Both the position numbers and the translations under genes were made by a program. Source: Candidatus Micrarchaeota archaeon CG1_02_49_24 (GTDB taxonomy: Archaea > Micrarchaeota > Micrarchaeia > Anstonellales > UBA8471). From it: a stretch of 42,136 nucleotides of DNA. This document shows, one piece after another, positions 28,255-37,216 of this stretch (within the stretch, counting starts at the first letter, position 1; each line of letters starts with the position of its first letter). A model generated the notes under the pieces. It was not told where the DNA came from, ran no database searches, and saw only the letters and a program-made list of their open reading frames with translations. The stretch covers positions 1 to 42,136 of the forward strand of contig MNVF01000048.1 in assembly GCA_001871535.1 (NCBI GenBank), in the 5' to 3' direction.

Positions 28255-29172
28255 TCAGCCAACGGCATCCAGATAAATATCTAACGCCTGCCCGGCATCC
28301 TTTGCAACCAGCATGGAAAGCGGGCGGAAATCGCCTTTGTCTGCCTTTTCAAGCGCAGAATAGTATGCACGGCGCTCTTCCCTTCTCAGAATTGTTGGGG
28401 GAAACCCTGCACGCATAAGGCGCAAGTTCATCAATAAGCGCGCCAGCCTGCCGTTCCCGTCAATGAACGGGTGGATTCTGACGCATTCGTGGTGTATTTT
28501 GACCGAGGAATAAATCGCTTCTATGCCTCTGCGTTTGTCATTTAGTTCGGAATAGACTCCCTTCATCAGCTCCGGCACCTTGCGCCAGTTCGGAAGAACT
28601 ACTTTCGAGCCTTGGATGAAAACCTGCTCGTGGCGGTAAAAGCCTGCGTTATTGGGGCTGATTTTGTCAAGAATTACTGCGTGGAGATTAAGCACATCCA
28701 TCTCAGTTATTCCCTTTTTCCCATCTGCCATTTTCTCAAGCAGGCCTATTGCCTCTGCGTGGTTGGTCGCCTCCAGGTGCTCATTCACAGACTTGCCGCG
28801 TATCGTCATGCCCTTGCGGAGAACAAGCCAGGTTTCTCGCAGTGAGAGGCGGTTTCCCTCTATTGCGTTGGAGTGGTAAGTCATATCGACCTCGAATTTT
28901 TCACGGAGGCGGTTTACCATCTCTGGGGAAAGCGGGCGCAGCTTGTTTAGCCGCTCCAGCTTGCCTTCGAGTGCTTTTGCCAGGTGTTCGTCAATCCATG
29001 TGCCATTGCCTGCGTTAAATTCAATGCCAGTTTTTTTTGCGTATTCTTCAGCCTCGGCAGCACTTGGGAAATATTCGAGGACGTTCTGCTTCACCTTGCC
29101 ATCTTCCCGCCTATTTTCAACTAGTTCATAGTAGTAGGTGTTGCCTCTTGCCCTTCGCCGGATGAATGCCAT
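28255..29172 (-). CDS. fic: Fic-family protein (class II, with N-terminal inhibitory motif)
   Basis: HPFIDGNGRLAR catalytic motif; SNAIEGN inhibitory motif. Confidence 0.93.
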   Translation of the reverse strand: MAFIRRRARGNTYYYELVENRREDGKVKQNVLEYFPSAAEAEEYAKKTGIEFNAGNGTWIDEHLAKALEGKLERLNKLRPLSPEMVNRLREKFEVDMTYHSNAIEGNRLSLRETWLVLRKGMTIRGKSVNEHLEATNHAEAIGLLEKMADGKKGITEMDVLNLHAVILDKISPNNAGFYRHEQVFIQGSKVVLPNWRKVPELMKGVYSELNDKRRGIEAIYSSVKIHHECVRIHPFIDGNGRLARLLMNLRLMRAGFPPTILRREERRAYYSALEKADKGDFRPLSMLVAKDAGQALDIYLDAVG

Positions 29173-29178
29173 GCTAGC

Positions 29179-29229
29179 TTGTAGTGGCGAAGATTATTTA
29201 AATATATAGGTTTATTCTCACCACTACAC
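29179..29229 (-). promoter_or_regulatory. Inverted repeat bracketing the TATA-like box of fic
   Basis: ttgtagtgg (29179-29187) ... ccactacaa (29221-29229) around tatttaaatatata. Confidence 0.55.
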
Positions 29230-29263
29230 AAACGGGCTATGGCGCCATGGGAGCGGGATGCTG

Positions 29264-29713
29264 TTAAGCGCCTTTCGGATACAGATATTTCTTATTGTCT
29301 TCATACACTTTTTTTCCATACCAGTAAATCTCAAGCGCTTTCTTTGCCGCTTTCAGCTCTTCCTTATCCTCTGAGATGAGCGCTATCATACCGTTAAAGG
29401 AATCAGGGAGCTTTTTTGCCAGTTTAAGCGTATCAACTGCGGGAAAGCGGGCATAATCACGCTTGCCTTTTTCAGTGATAATCGTGCTAATAGCAAGTTT
29501 TGAGGCGCATTTGAGCTGTTTCGCAGTCAGCGAGGCACCAACATATCCTACGCACCCCAAATTATACGCATCAATCAAATCATTGAGCTTTTTGCATTCT
29601 CTCTCAGAACATTTGCAATCATTCAGTGCAAGCTCCACGAAATCAAACGACAGTTCCCCGGCTAGCTTGATGTTCTTTTCAAAATCTGAGGAAATATGCA
29701 TGCCAATGAGCAT
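29264..29713 (-). CDS. Short xylose isomerase/AP-endonuclease-like TIM-barrel-related protein
   Basis: IGMHI...IKLAGELSFDFVEL N-terminus; much shorter than a full barrel. Confidence 0.5.
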   Translation of the reverse strand: MLIGMHISSDFEKNIKLAGELSFDFVELALNDCKCSERECKKLNDLIDAYNLGCVGYVGASLTAKQLKCASKLAISTIITEKGKRDYARFPAVDTLKLAKKLPDSFNGMIALISEDKEELKAAKKALEIYWYGKKVYEDNKKYLYPKGA

Positions 29714-29764
29714 GAAATTATTGTAACCGTGACTGTTTAAAGAGATTAAGGTAGGCGCTAGCCA

Positions 29765-29881
29765 TTAGCGTATGGATTCGATTTCAATCTTCTTGCCATT
29801 GACAATAAGGAAGTGCTGCTGTTCCTGTTGCGCCTGTGCTGGGCGCGGTTTCATGACCAGATTCTTGTCATTGGTTTCCAT
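29765..29881 (-). CDS. Small hypothetical protein (38 aa)
   Basis: Hand translation METNDKNLVMKPRPAQAQQEQQHFLIVNGKKIEIESIR*. Confidence 0.35.
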   Translation of the reverse strand: METNDKNLVMKPRPAQAQQEQQHFLIVNGKKIEIESIR

Positions 29882-29920
29882 TGAATATCCCTTCGTTATA
29901 CTCTCCAACAGTTGATAAAT

Positions 29921-30143
29921 ATCAGATTTTACGAAGAGCCATCCGCCTGCGAAGCAGGCGGTATTGGCTCATTCGAAAATCAATTCTCCTTGCGAGGAGA
30001 AATCTCGACGGCTGCTGCCATCGAATTCTCGTGAATTTGAATTCGCCTGTTGGCGAATAGCTCTCGCATCCCATGGATGCTCGATGGCGTCTTGGCATTC
30101 ATCCCCGCACGAAGTGCGGGGTATTCTGCCAATTCACGATAAA
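29921..30143. repeat. Multi-hairpin dispersed repeat element, copy B
   Basis: Collinear with 1..198: same start, ggctcattcg, aatctc, gaattctcgtgaa, ttggcattcatccccgc..gaag..cggggtattctgccaa and ttcacgataaa end. Confidence 0.88.
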
Positions 30144-30221
30144 TATTGTGGTGGGATTATCGAGTGTGGTATCATGAATCTAAGATTTATATTCCATTGG
30201 TTTTTGTTTGGCTCACGTGGC

Positions 30222-31352
30222 TCACGCAAACTGAAGCGTGCTTGGAAAAACCAGAAGCATCAGTGCAAGAAACAGGAGAAGCGCGCCTGAGAGCAGATGG
30301 GCGAGCCTGATGTTTTTCTCGCCGGTATGTTTCAACGCTGAAACGCCTGAGATTGAGATGGCAAATACGAGCAGGTATCCGCTCATGGCTGCGAGCAGAT
30401 AGAGAAAACGATAGAGCTGAGCCTCTAGGGGGGAACGGGTTTGGCTGGCAAGCACGCGCCCAAACAAATCCGGCAGCCCTGACGAGCAAATGTATTCGAG
30501 GATGGTTACGCTGAATGCAAAAACTATGAGGAGTAAAAGGAGGGATTGGATTACAACGGGGTTGGCTATACCGGTGGGTGAAGTGCCGTTTCTTAGTGAG
30601 AGTAGGCCATAAATGCCAGCTCCGAGCGCGCCAAGCCCAAGAATCCATCTGCTGATTGGCAGATAGCCAATGAGAGAAAGGGGATTGAGCCAGCCTGCAA
30701 GCACCAGATAATAAATGAGTCCATAGGTGAGGAGAAAGGCTGCTGCCAGCAGGGCGAGGCTCTTCTGTTCGCGCACGAGCACAAATAGGGCAAGGATATA
30801 GACAACCACCCAGGTGGTGCAGGGGTTGAGCGCATCAAGGAAGCCTATTGATAGGGAAATCAGCGCAAGGGGCGAGCCGTTCAGGTTGGCTGCGCCGATG
30901 AGGGGCAGGGAGAGCACGAGCTCCTCGGCACGGACTGCCAGGCTTCCATGGCTGGCGGCAGTGCCTGTGGTTATTTCCCATGAGTCTGGGCAGAAATTTT
31001 CATGGCAGAAGTTGATGAGCGTCTCAAGCCGTGCGCCGGCCATATCTGAGTCCCAGCCGATGATTGTCTGGCCGCCCAGGAACATGCCAGGCGTGCCCTT
31101 TTTGTCAACCCCATGGGCATTGGAGAAATTCACAAAAAGCAAGGCATTCTCAGGGAAATGCCAGACTTCGAACTTTTCAATGGTGAGAAATGGATATTTT
31201 TGCCCGAGACCAGAGATGAACGGCTCGGCCGCAGCGCAATGGGGGCAGCCGTCGCCCCAGAAATAGTAGAGGGTGACATTATAGCTGGCAGCTGCAAATG
31301 CCGCACTGGCAAAGATTGCTAAAAGAAATATAAAAAAAAGTTTCAGTTTCAT
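30222..31352 (-). CDS. Thioredoxin/glutaredoxin-domain membrane protein (DsbD/CcdA-like TM region)
   Basis: Signal peptide, FWGDGCPHC, GFLDALNPC and multiple TM segments. Confidence 0.82.
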   Translation of the reverse strand: MKLKLFFIFLLAIFASAAFAAASYNVTLYYFWGDGCPHCAAAEPFISGLGQKYPFLTIEKFEVWHFPENALLFVNFSNAHGVDKKGTPGMFLGGQTIIGWDSDMAGARLETLINFCHENFCPDSWEITTGTAASHGSLAVRAEELVLSLPLIGAANLNGSPLALISLSIGFLDALNPCTTWVVVYILALFVLVREQKSLALLAAAFLLTYGLIYYLVLAGWLNPLSLIGYLPISRWILGLGALGAGIYGLLSLRNGTSPTGIANPVVIQSLLLLLIVFAFSVTILEYICSSGLPDLFGRVLASQTRSPLEAQLYRFLYLLAAMSGYLLVFAISISGVSALKHTGEKNIRLAHLLSGALLLFLALMLLVFPSTLQFA

Positions 31353-31365
31353 GTTACCATCCAGT

Positions 31366-31992
31366 TCATTTCATATATGCCTTTTTGATGGTTATATCCT
31401 GTACTGGCCAGTCGCTGTTAGGCCCGCGGTTCCCAGTCTGTGATTTGGCAATGACATTCATCACATCTATGCCAGTGGTTACCTTGCCGAATACCGCATA
31501 GCCGGGGTTATTGGGCGCATAGTTCAGGAAAGTGTTGTCAGCCACGTTTATGAAAAACTGGCAGGTGGCGCTGTTCGGGTCATTGGTGCGGGCCATGGCA
31601 ACCGTGCCAATCTCATTTTTCAGGCCATTGCTGGATTCGAGCTTGATAGGCGCATTGGTGGGCTTCTGGGTGCCGTCTGCAGTGAACCCGCCGCCCTGAA
31701 TCATAAAGCCTGGGATGACGCGGTGGAATACGGTGCCGTCATACTGCCCGGATTTTACATAGCTGATGAAATTTGCCACGGTGGCAGGCGCCTTCTCCCG
31801 GTTCAGTTCGATTTCAATGTTTCCCTTTGAGGTTTCAAGGATTGCAATATCTTTCATGGGCTCAACTCCGGTAGAAGTGTTTTTTTTGATTGAGGTGTTG
31901 ATTGATGCTGCTGGCTGGCTGTTGCCGGCACATCCGAACAGCAAAAATAAAATGGCAAATAAGCTAACAAATTTCAAGCCATCCATTCCCAT
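31366..31992 (-). CDS. ppiA: Cyclophilin-type peptidyl-prolyl isomerase (lipoprotein)
   Basis: FHRVIPGFMIQGGG, GTVAMART, QFFIN, YAVFGKV; LFGC lipobox. Confidence 0.93.
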   Translation of the reverse strand: MGMDGLKFVSLFAILFLLFGCAGNSQPAASINTSIKKNTSTGVEPMKDIAILETSKGNIEIELNREKAPATVANFISYVKSGQYDGTVFHRVIPGFMIQGGGFTADGTQKPTNAPIKLESSNGLKNEIGTVAMARTNDPNSATCQFFINVADNTFLNYAPNNPGYAVFGKVTTGIDVMNVIAKSQTGNRGPNSDWPVQDITIKKAYMK

Positions 31993-32003
31993 CACACCTC
32001 AAT

Positions 32004-33614
32004 TCAACTGGCTGTTATATTCAGCCTCACCACATTGTTATTTTCATTCGATTCGGTTATGTTGTTCCAGAAATCAATCCACGCCTCAAACCTGTAGAGC
32101 CCGGCGCGTGAAGCCGTGAACGGAATTATATTATGACCCTGGTTGCCTGCGCGGGTGATAACTACATTTGATGTGTTCAGGAGCGCCCATTGGCTCTCGC
32201 CTGGCTGCATCCACAGTATCCAGTTCGTGTGCCTGCCTGCCTCAAGCGTGCCGATATTGTTGGTCGCCACGTCTATGTAATAGCGATTGCCTGTCCTTAG
32301 GGTCAGCTCCCTGTAGGAGCCGCGGGTGGAATTGAGTAGGGATATCACGATGGGATGCAGGTCTGGAAGGCCGGATTGCCTGGTGGTCAGAGATGCTTCG
32401 AGCGCGTTGTTGTTTTCGTTTGTTTCTGCGAATATGTTGCGCTCATCAATCACCACTCTGAACTCATATCTGCCAGCTTCTGCAGGCATGAAGGTCCAGC
32501 CGACATCAACTGCGCGGCCATTGCCGGAAGAGGGGAAGCGGCCGTAGAGTGCCCTGTCAGTGAGCACGTCCCAGGATTGGCTTCTGGGTCCTTTCCAATA
32601 GATGGTGGGCTCGATGGGCGCAGAATCCGGTTGGCTGTTGACAACTGAGGCGTTCACCCAATAGCGCAGGCCAGTGGTTGCAGGGGACGGCGCAGCAGTG
32701 CCATCTGAATCCAGGAAGCGTATGCTCCTGACAGCAAAATCAACCCTTGGCTGGTTAACTACACTGATCGAGGCAGTGCGCACGTTGTTGCTCTCATTGG
32801 TTTCGCAGATGGCGTTTTCCTCATCAAGAGCCACCTTTAATTCGTACCTGCCTGGCGTGGTGGGGGTGAACTCCTTCCTGAGCTGGTATACCTGGTTGTC
32901 TGACATGGAGCTATGCATCTGGCGTTCACCCAGGGGCTGCCAGCTTCCGCCCGGCGCTTTGATATAGAATCGGATGGAATATTGCTTGCCGCGGGCATCA
33001 GGCCCCTTATGCATGAAATGGGCTGTGATGTTATAGGACTTGTTTATGGTAATGTTGCGTGCCCAGGCGTTTGCAATTATTGGCAGGTCAACCTCCAGGA
33101 TATAGGGATAATAGTCAAGGGTTTCGGCACAGGCAGGAGTGGTTGGAGTGATGATGGTCAAATTAACCCTGGGTATTATGATTGGGCTGATGGGGGTTGG
33201 AATGGAGCTTTTTTTGGAGCTTGGGTAGAATGCGCTGACGCTCAGGATGTCTGTGCTCCTGCAGGCGCCCGTGGATGAGATGCAGGATTCAGTGCCGTCC
33301 TCGGAAACCAGTAATACATTGGTGAGGGATTGGTCGACGTAGGCTTTGCCGCGCCAGAGTGTGCCATTATAGGTTATGGTGCCGTTCAAGGAGCAGAGCG
33401 GCTTGTTGGTGCCTGCGGTCTGGCCAACTACCTCCAGGTCAGCACTGACATTGTCTCCGTAACCTGCCTGCTGCAAATAGGTGTTTATGATGGGGTTCAC
33501 GACCTGCTTGGTGCACCAGAGGGAATTGACCTGCTCTGAGGTGCAACCGAATAGCAGAAGCGCAGTAAACAAAAGAAACATAATTTGCCAGGGATTGTGG
33601 TTCAAGGAGAGCAT
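32004..33614 (-). CDS. Secreted CARDB-repeat surface protein
   Basis: Three I/F-x-E-[TS]-N-E-x-N-N motifs; LFGC lipobox-like N-terminus. Confidence 0.85.
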   Translation of the reverse strand: MLSLNHNPWQIMFLLFTALLLFGCTSEQVNSLWCTKQVVNPIINTYLQQAGYGDNVSADLEVVGQTAGTNKPLCSLNGTITYNGTLWRGKAYVDQSLTNVLLVSEDGTESCISSTGACRSTDILSVSAFYPSSKKSSIPTPISPIIIPRVNLTIITPTTPACAETLDYYPYILEVDLPIIANAWARNITINKSYNITAHFMHKGPDARGKQYSIRFYIKAPGGSWQPLGERQMHSSMSDNQVYQLRKEFTPTTPGRYELKVALDEENAICETNESNNVRTASISVVNQPRVDFAVRSIRFLDSDGTAAPSPATTGLRYWVNASVVNSQPDSAPIEPTIYWKGPRSQSWDVLTDRALYGRFPSSGNGRAVDVGWTFMPAEAGRYEFRVVIDERNIFAETNENNNALEASLTTRQSGLPDLHPIVISLLNSTRGSYRELTLRTGNRYYIDVATNNIGTLEAGRHTNWILWMQPGESQWALLNTSNVVITRAGNQGHNIIPFTASRAGLYRFEAWIDFWNNITESNENNNVVRLNITAS

Positions 33615-33654
33615 AGTTAGTTATTTCATGAAAAGGTTAATAATTTCACCTTCA

Positions 33655-34638
33655 TCACAGGCCGACCCCCAATTCTCTGGACTGCAGGTAGAATATAACA
33701 ACAATGTATAGCACGTATATCAAAAGGAAACCCAGGCCGCCGCGCCTGTCCAGCTTCGGCATCACTGCAGTAACATAAAACAGAATCATGTTCGCCACTA
33801 TTGCAAACAGGAGGGCGGCAATGAATATGGGCAGGATAACCGTGACCGGGTTTAGTACGGCTGCCATGCCAAGCACGAGGGTCAGGTTTATGGCATTGCT
33901 TCCCACGGCATCGCCCAATGCAAGGCCGTACTGCTTCTTCCTGATGGCTGCCATGCCGATGGATAATTCAGGTAATGAGGTGCCGATGGCAATGATGGTT
34001 GCGCCGATGAAGCTTTCCGCGATATTGAATATCCGGGCAAGCTTGATGGCATTGTCAACCACAAAGCTCGAGCTGATGAGCACCAGGATAATGGCTGCTG
34101 TGAATATCAGGAATGCATGGAGCGCCTGGCTTCGGTTGATATCGCAGTTTGCCTTACCAATCCTGGGCTTGCGCCTGAGGGAATAAAATGCATACCATAG
34201 GAAAATTCCAAGAAGGATTATGCCCTCCACGAAGCCGAGCGCCTTTGCGCCGAGGATGGTGTTGAAGATGATGTAGGCGGAAATGACTGTGGTGAGCAGA
34301 ATGACCAGTGCAATCTCCTTCATGTAATCCCGCTCTATCTTTATACCATAAAGGAATATACCAAGCCCGAGTATCAGGAGGGTATTGGCGATGTTCGAGC
34401 CGAATACCGTGCCGGCGGCAACAGCACCCTCTCCGTGCACGGATGATATCACTGAAACCGAAAGCTCAGGCAGGGAAGTGAGGACAGCTATGAGCAGGAA
34501 GCCTATGGCCAGCTTGCTTATGCCAAAGAAGTTGGAGAGCCTGACCGCATTCTCGATCACCAGGTCGGCAGCCTTTGCCAGGACAGCAATGGAAACCAGG
34601 AGGCTCAGGAGTTCAAGCACTGCCATGGCATCTAACAT
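33655..34638 (-). CDS. Na+/Ca2+ exchanger family antiporter
   Basis: Two alpha-repeats: TSLPEL...GSN twice. Confidence 0.93.
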   Translation of the reverse strand: MLDAMAVLELLSLLVSIAVLAKAADLVIENAVRLSNFFGISKLAIGFLLIAVLTSLPELSVSVISSVHGEGAVAAGTVFGSNIANTLLILGLGIFLYGIKIERDYMKEIALVILLTTVISAYIIFNTILGAKALGFVEGIILLGIFLWYAFYSLRRKPRIGKANCDINRSQALHAFLIFTAAIILVLISSSFVVDNAIKLARIFNIAESFIGATIIAIGTSLPELSIGMAAIRKKQYGLALGDAVGSNAINLTLVLGMAAVLNPVTVILPIFIAALLFAIVANMILFYVTAVMPKLDRRGGLGFLLIYVLYIVVIFYLQSRELGVGL

Positions 34639-34651
34639 TCAGGCAAATTTA

Positions 34652-36022
34652 TTAAATGTATTCAATAATTTTCTGGAGGTCGCACTGTTCGATTAGTATG
34701 TTTGCGCTCTGCCTCACGCATTCCGCCTTTGGGGAAAATGCAACGCCAATGCCGGCATGCTTCAGCATGCAGCAATCAGGCTCATTGTCGCCAACCGCCA
34801 GGCAGTCATTAAGGGTGATGCCGGCTTTCTTGGCGAGCGCCTGGATGACATTCAGTTTGCAGATTTTGTGCTCGGTGCAAAAAGACTCTATCCAGATCGA
34901 CGGGATTGTAACCTCTCCGGTCAGCACGCCGTTCATAACCCCTAGGTTATTCGCTATCGCGAAATCCAAACCCAGTTTCTCCTTCAGCCGCCCGGCAGCC
35001 AAATCGTAGCTGCCGCTTACTATCCCAATGGTGTAGCCAAGCCTTTTCAGCTCTGCGATGAGATATTTGGCTCCGCGCATGAGGGGGATTGCATCTATTA
35101 CCTCCAAAAATTCTGCGCTGCTCCTTCCCCTGAGCATTGATGCTAGCTTCATCATTCTTACACCCAGGTCATGTTCATTAGACATGATTTCCTCTGCTTG
35201 CCCCAAAAAACCGAACTTGTTAGCCAATGCCATAATGGTTCTGCCCTCAAGAAGCGTGCCGTCCATATCAAAAATCGCCAGCTTTTTAGCCGCTGCCATC
35301 GTGTTTTCCAATGCATTGAAAAGCTCCTGCTCTATTTGTTCGATTTCGGTCAGGTCAATAAGCGAGATTTTGTTCAGTTTCTGGGCGCGCTTTATTATCG
35401 CCTTTGAAACCTGGAATGACATGCCGCGCAGTTTGCGCCAGCTTTTCATCTTATGTTCTATGCGCCCGATGTGAACCTCCATGATACTTGCCCCAGCGCT
35501 TAGCATGTCCAGCAGGATGCCTACATCCACTCCGTAATCCGGCTCAAACTTAACTTTGGAGAAGAATTCCCGTTTTCCGGCGATCATGCCGCTCAGGGGC
35601 TGCTGGAAGCCAGTTGCTTCCGGGAAAAAGAGTTCAAGCAATGGCTTTGCAACGAGCTCGGTGATGCGGCCGGCTTTCCGGCCGAAGCTTGATTTGACAA
35701 AATCAGCCTCCCCGGAAAGAATCGGTTTGGCAAGCGATTCAATCACTTGGGAACTCATGTTCTTAAGATCGGCATCAAGGTAAATCAGTATGTCACCGCT
35801 TGCGGCCTGGAATCCGTCTGCCATCGATGTTCCTTTTCCGAGCATCTTGCTTTCAATGACTATGGCTCCGACCCTCTTCGCCTCTGCAACCGTCTTATCA
35901 ACCGATTTGTCGTCCACGACAATGACTTCGTGAACGTTTGGAGACGATTTCGCGGTTTCAACAATCTTTGCAATTGTCTTTTCCTCATTCAGGGCAGGGA
36001 TTATCACAGATATTTGCGCCAT
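34652..36022 (-). CDS. Glucosyl-3-phosphoglycerate synthase-like GT fused to a HAD-IB (SerB-like) phosphatase
   Basis: IPALNEE, YLDAD, GRITELVAKPLL, QPLSG, YGVDVG; C-terminal FDMDGTL, VSG, VGDNEPD. Confidence 0.85.
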   Translation of the reverse strand: MAQISVIIPALNEEKTIAKIVETAKSSPNVHEVIVVDDKSVDKTVAEAKRVGAIVIESKMLGKGTSMADGFQAASGDILIYLDADLKNMSSQVIESLAKPILSGEADFVKSSFGRKAGRITELVAKPLLELFFPEATGFQQPLSGMIAGKREFFSKVKFEPDYGVDVGILLDMLSAGASIMEVHIGRIEHKMKSWRKLRGMSFQVSKAIIKRAQKLNKISLIDLTEIEQIEQELFNALENTMAAAKKLAIFDMDGTLLEGRTIMALANKFGFLGQAEEIMSNEHDLGVRMMKLASMLRGRSSAEFLEVIDAIPLMRGAKYLIAELKRLGYTIGIVSGSYDLAAGRLKEKLGLDFAIANNLGVMNGVLTGEVTIPSIWIESFCTEHKICKLNVIQALAKKAGITLNDCLAVGDNEPDCCMLKHAGIGVAFSPKAECVRQSANILIEQCDLQKIIEYI

Positions 36023-36060
36023 GCAATAGATAGCTGCATGAGCTCATAAAAAACAGCAAG

Positions 36061-36076
36061 TTCCACAATTGTGGAA
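36061..36076. promoter_or_regulatory. 16-bp perfect palindrome upstream of the GT-HAD gene
   Basis: ttccacaattgtggaa. Confidence 0.35.
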
Positions 36077-36098
36077 TGTTTCATGAAAAAAGTTTAAG

Positions 36099-36172
36099 CG
36101 CCCCCGCCGGGATTTGAACCCAGATATCAAGCTCCGCAAGCTCGCGTTCTGTCCAGGTTAGACTACGGGGGC
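36099..36172 (-). tRNA. tRNA-Arg (GCG), CCA not encoded
   Basis: GCCCCCG/CGGGGGC acceptor stem, anticodon arm CGAGC-TTGCGGA-GCTTG, GGTTCAAATCC T-arm. Confidence 0.93.
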
Positions 36173-36347
36173 AGCATTCAAATTATAGTTGTGAAGATTT
36201 ATAAGAAAGGTTGAAGGGGCGCAAGAGGAAGAACTATGTCTGTACGAGGGCGACAGCCGCTTGCGTAAATTTACGAAGTAAGCAGGTTTGAAAGGGCTGC
36301 AAGCCATTTCGGAGGGGTTATAGGGGAACCGCAAAGCAGGTTCCCCA

Positions 36348-36373
36348 TCTGTCCAGGTTAGACTACGGGGGCA
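36348..36373 (-). repeat. 26-bp direct repeat of the tRNA-Arg 5' end
   Basis: tctgtccaggttagactacgggggca is identical to 36148-36173. Confidence 0.9.
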
Positions 36374-36478
36374 TCTCTGTGTTAATCAGATATAGATTTA
36401 AATATTCAGTCAATATAAACTTATACATTAAACGTATAGACAGCTTGCTGTTTAATTTATGTTTTTGAGGTGTTTAGC

Positions 36479-36628
36479 TTGAAATGCATATCATGCGGAA
36501 GAAATACTACGAATTATACGGTTTTTCCATGCCCTGGCTGCGGAAAAGAGAAGATTGCCAGGTGCAGGGACTGCAGACGGGATGTAACGGCCTATAAGTG
36601 CCTGGCCTGCGGCCAGGATGGGCCGTGA
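36479..36628 (+). CDS. Small archaeal Zn-ribbon protein (DUF1610-type), typical upstream neighbour of EF-1beta
   Basis: Hand translation from TTG with GAGGTG RBS: KCISCG...FPCPGCG...IARCRDCR...YKCLACGQDGP*. Confidence 0.88.
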   Translation: MKCISCGRNTTNYTVFPCPGCGKEKIARCRDCRRDVTAYKCLACGQDGP

Positions 36629-36671
36629 TAGGGTATAAAGTTTAAGGTTTACTATTTGAGTTGTGATTTTG

Positions 36672-36920
36672 ATGGCAGATGTTGCGATAACGTTCAAGGT
36701 GCTCCCGCAGGGGATTGAGGAATTTGAAAGCGTGAAAAGTGAAATAGCCAAGATGAACCCCCATTCAATAGGCGAGGAGCCGATTGCCTTTGGGTTTAAG
36801 GCAGTGAGAGTAACCTTTGTCATGGGAGACGAGGGCGGGGTTGACGAGCTCGAGCAGAAATTGGGTGCGATAACCGGAGTTAGCTCGGTTGACACGGTTT
36901 CGGTTGGCAGGATAAATTAG
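36672..36920 (+). CDS. ef1b: Translation elongation factor 1-beta
   Basis: MADVAITFKVLP...EEPIAFG...GVSSV. Confidence 0.93.
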   Translation: MADVAITFKVLPQGIEEFESVKSEIAKMNPHSIGEEPIAFGFKAVRVTFVMGDEGGVDELEQKLGAITGVSSVDTVSVGRIN

Positions 36921-36927
36921 GTAGATT

Positions 36928-37020
36928 GAATTTCGCCTGATGGCTTTTCGCCAGTTGGCAAAAATCTCGGCGGCTGTTGCCGCCGATCGCCTGATGGCAA
37001 AAGCGAAAGCTTACGAAACC
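36928..37020. repeat. Internal fragment of the dispersed structured repeat
   Basis: ttttcgcc-agtt-ggcaaaa-atctc-ggcggc-tgtt-gccgccga matches the middle two hairpins and aatctc linker of copies A/B. Confidence 0.7.
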
Positions 37021-37050
37021 TTTATATCTTTTTTTAGTTCATATCCCACC

Positions 37051-37200
37051 ATGGCAGACGAACCGCAGCCGGAAAAAAAATCAAATATCATGACCATAGC
37101 CTTAATTCTCCTCGTGCTTCTTATTGCAGCAGGCATAGGATGCGCGATTGTAGCGGTCATCCTGATTGCACTATTTGGCATGGGCAGAGCCAGTGCGTAA
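37051..37200 (+). CDS. Small single-TM membrane protein
   Basis: MADEPQPEKKS followed by a long hydrophobic stretch. Confidence 0.6.
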   Translation: MADEPQPEKKSNIMTIALILLVLLIAAGIGCAIVAVILIALFGMGRASA

Positions 37201-37216
37201 ATGTTTTGGTGAAAAT

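Noticed and set aside
600..29200. Provirus or conjugative element as the explanation for the island
   Set aside because: No integrase, capsid, terminase, primase/Rep or T4SS genes were recognised.
29964..30290. 108-aa ORF
   Set aside because: Mostly a translation of repeat copy B and overlaps a real gene on the opposite strand.
32004..33614. Internal repeats in the surface protein gene
   Set aside because: Explained by ordinary tandem CARDB domains.
36175..36373. Intron-containing or split second tRNA
   Set aside because: No matching 3' half or clear bulge-helix-bulge was found after the duplicated 5' segment, and the neighbouring tRNA is already complete.
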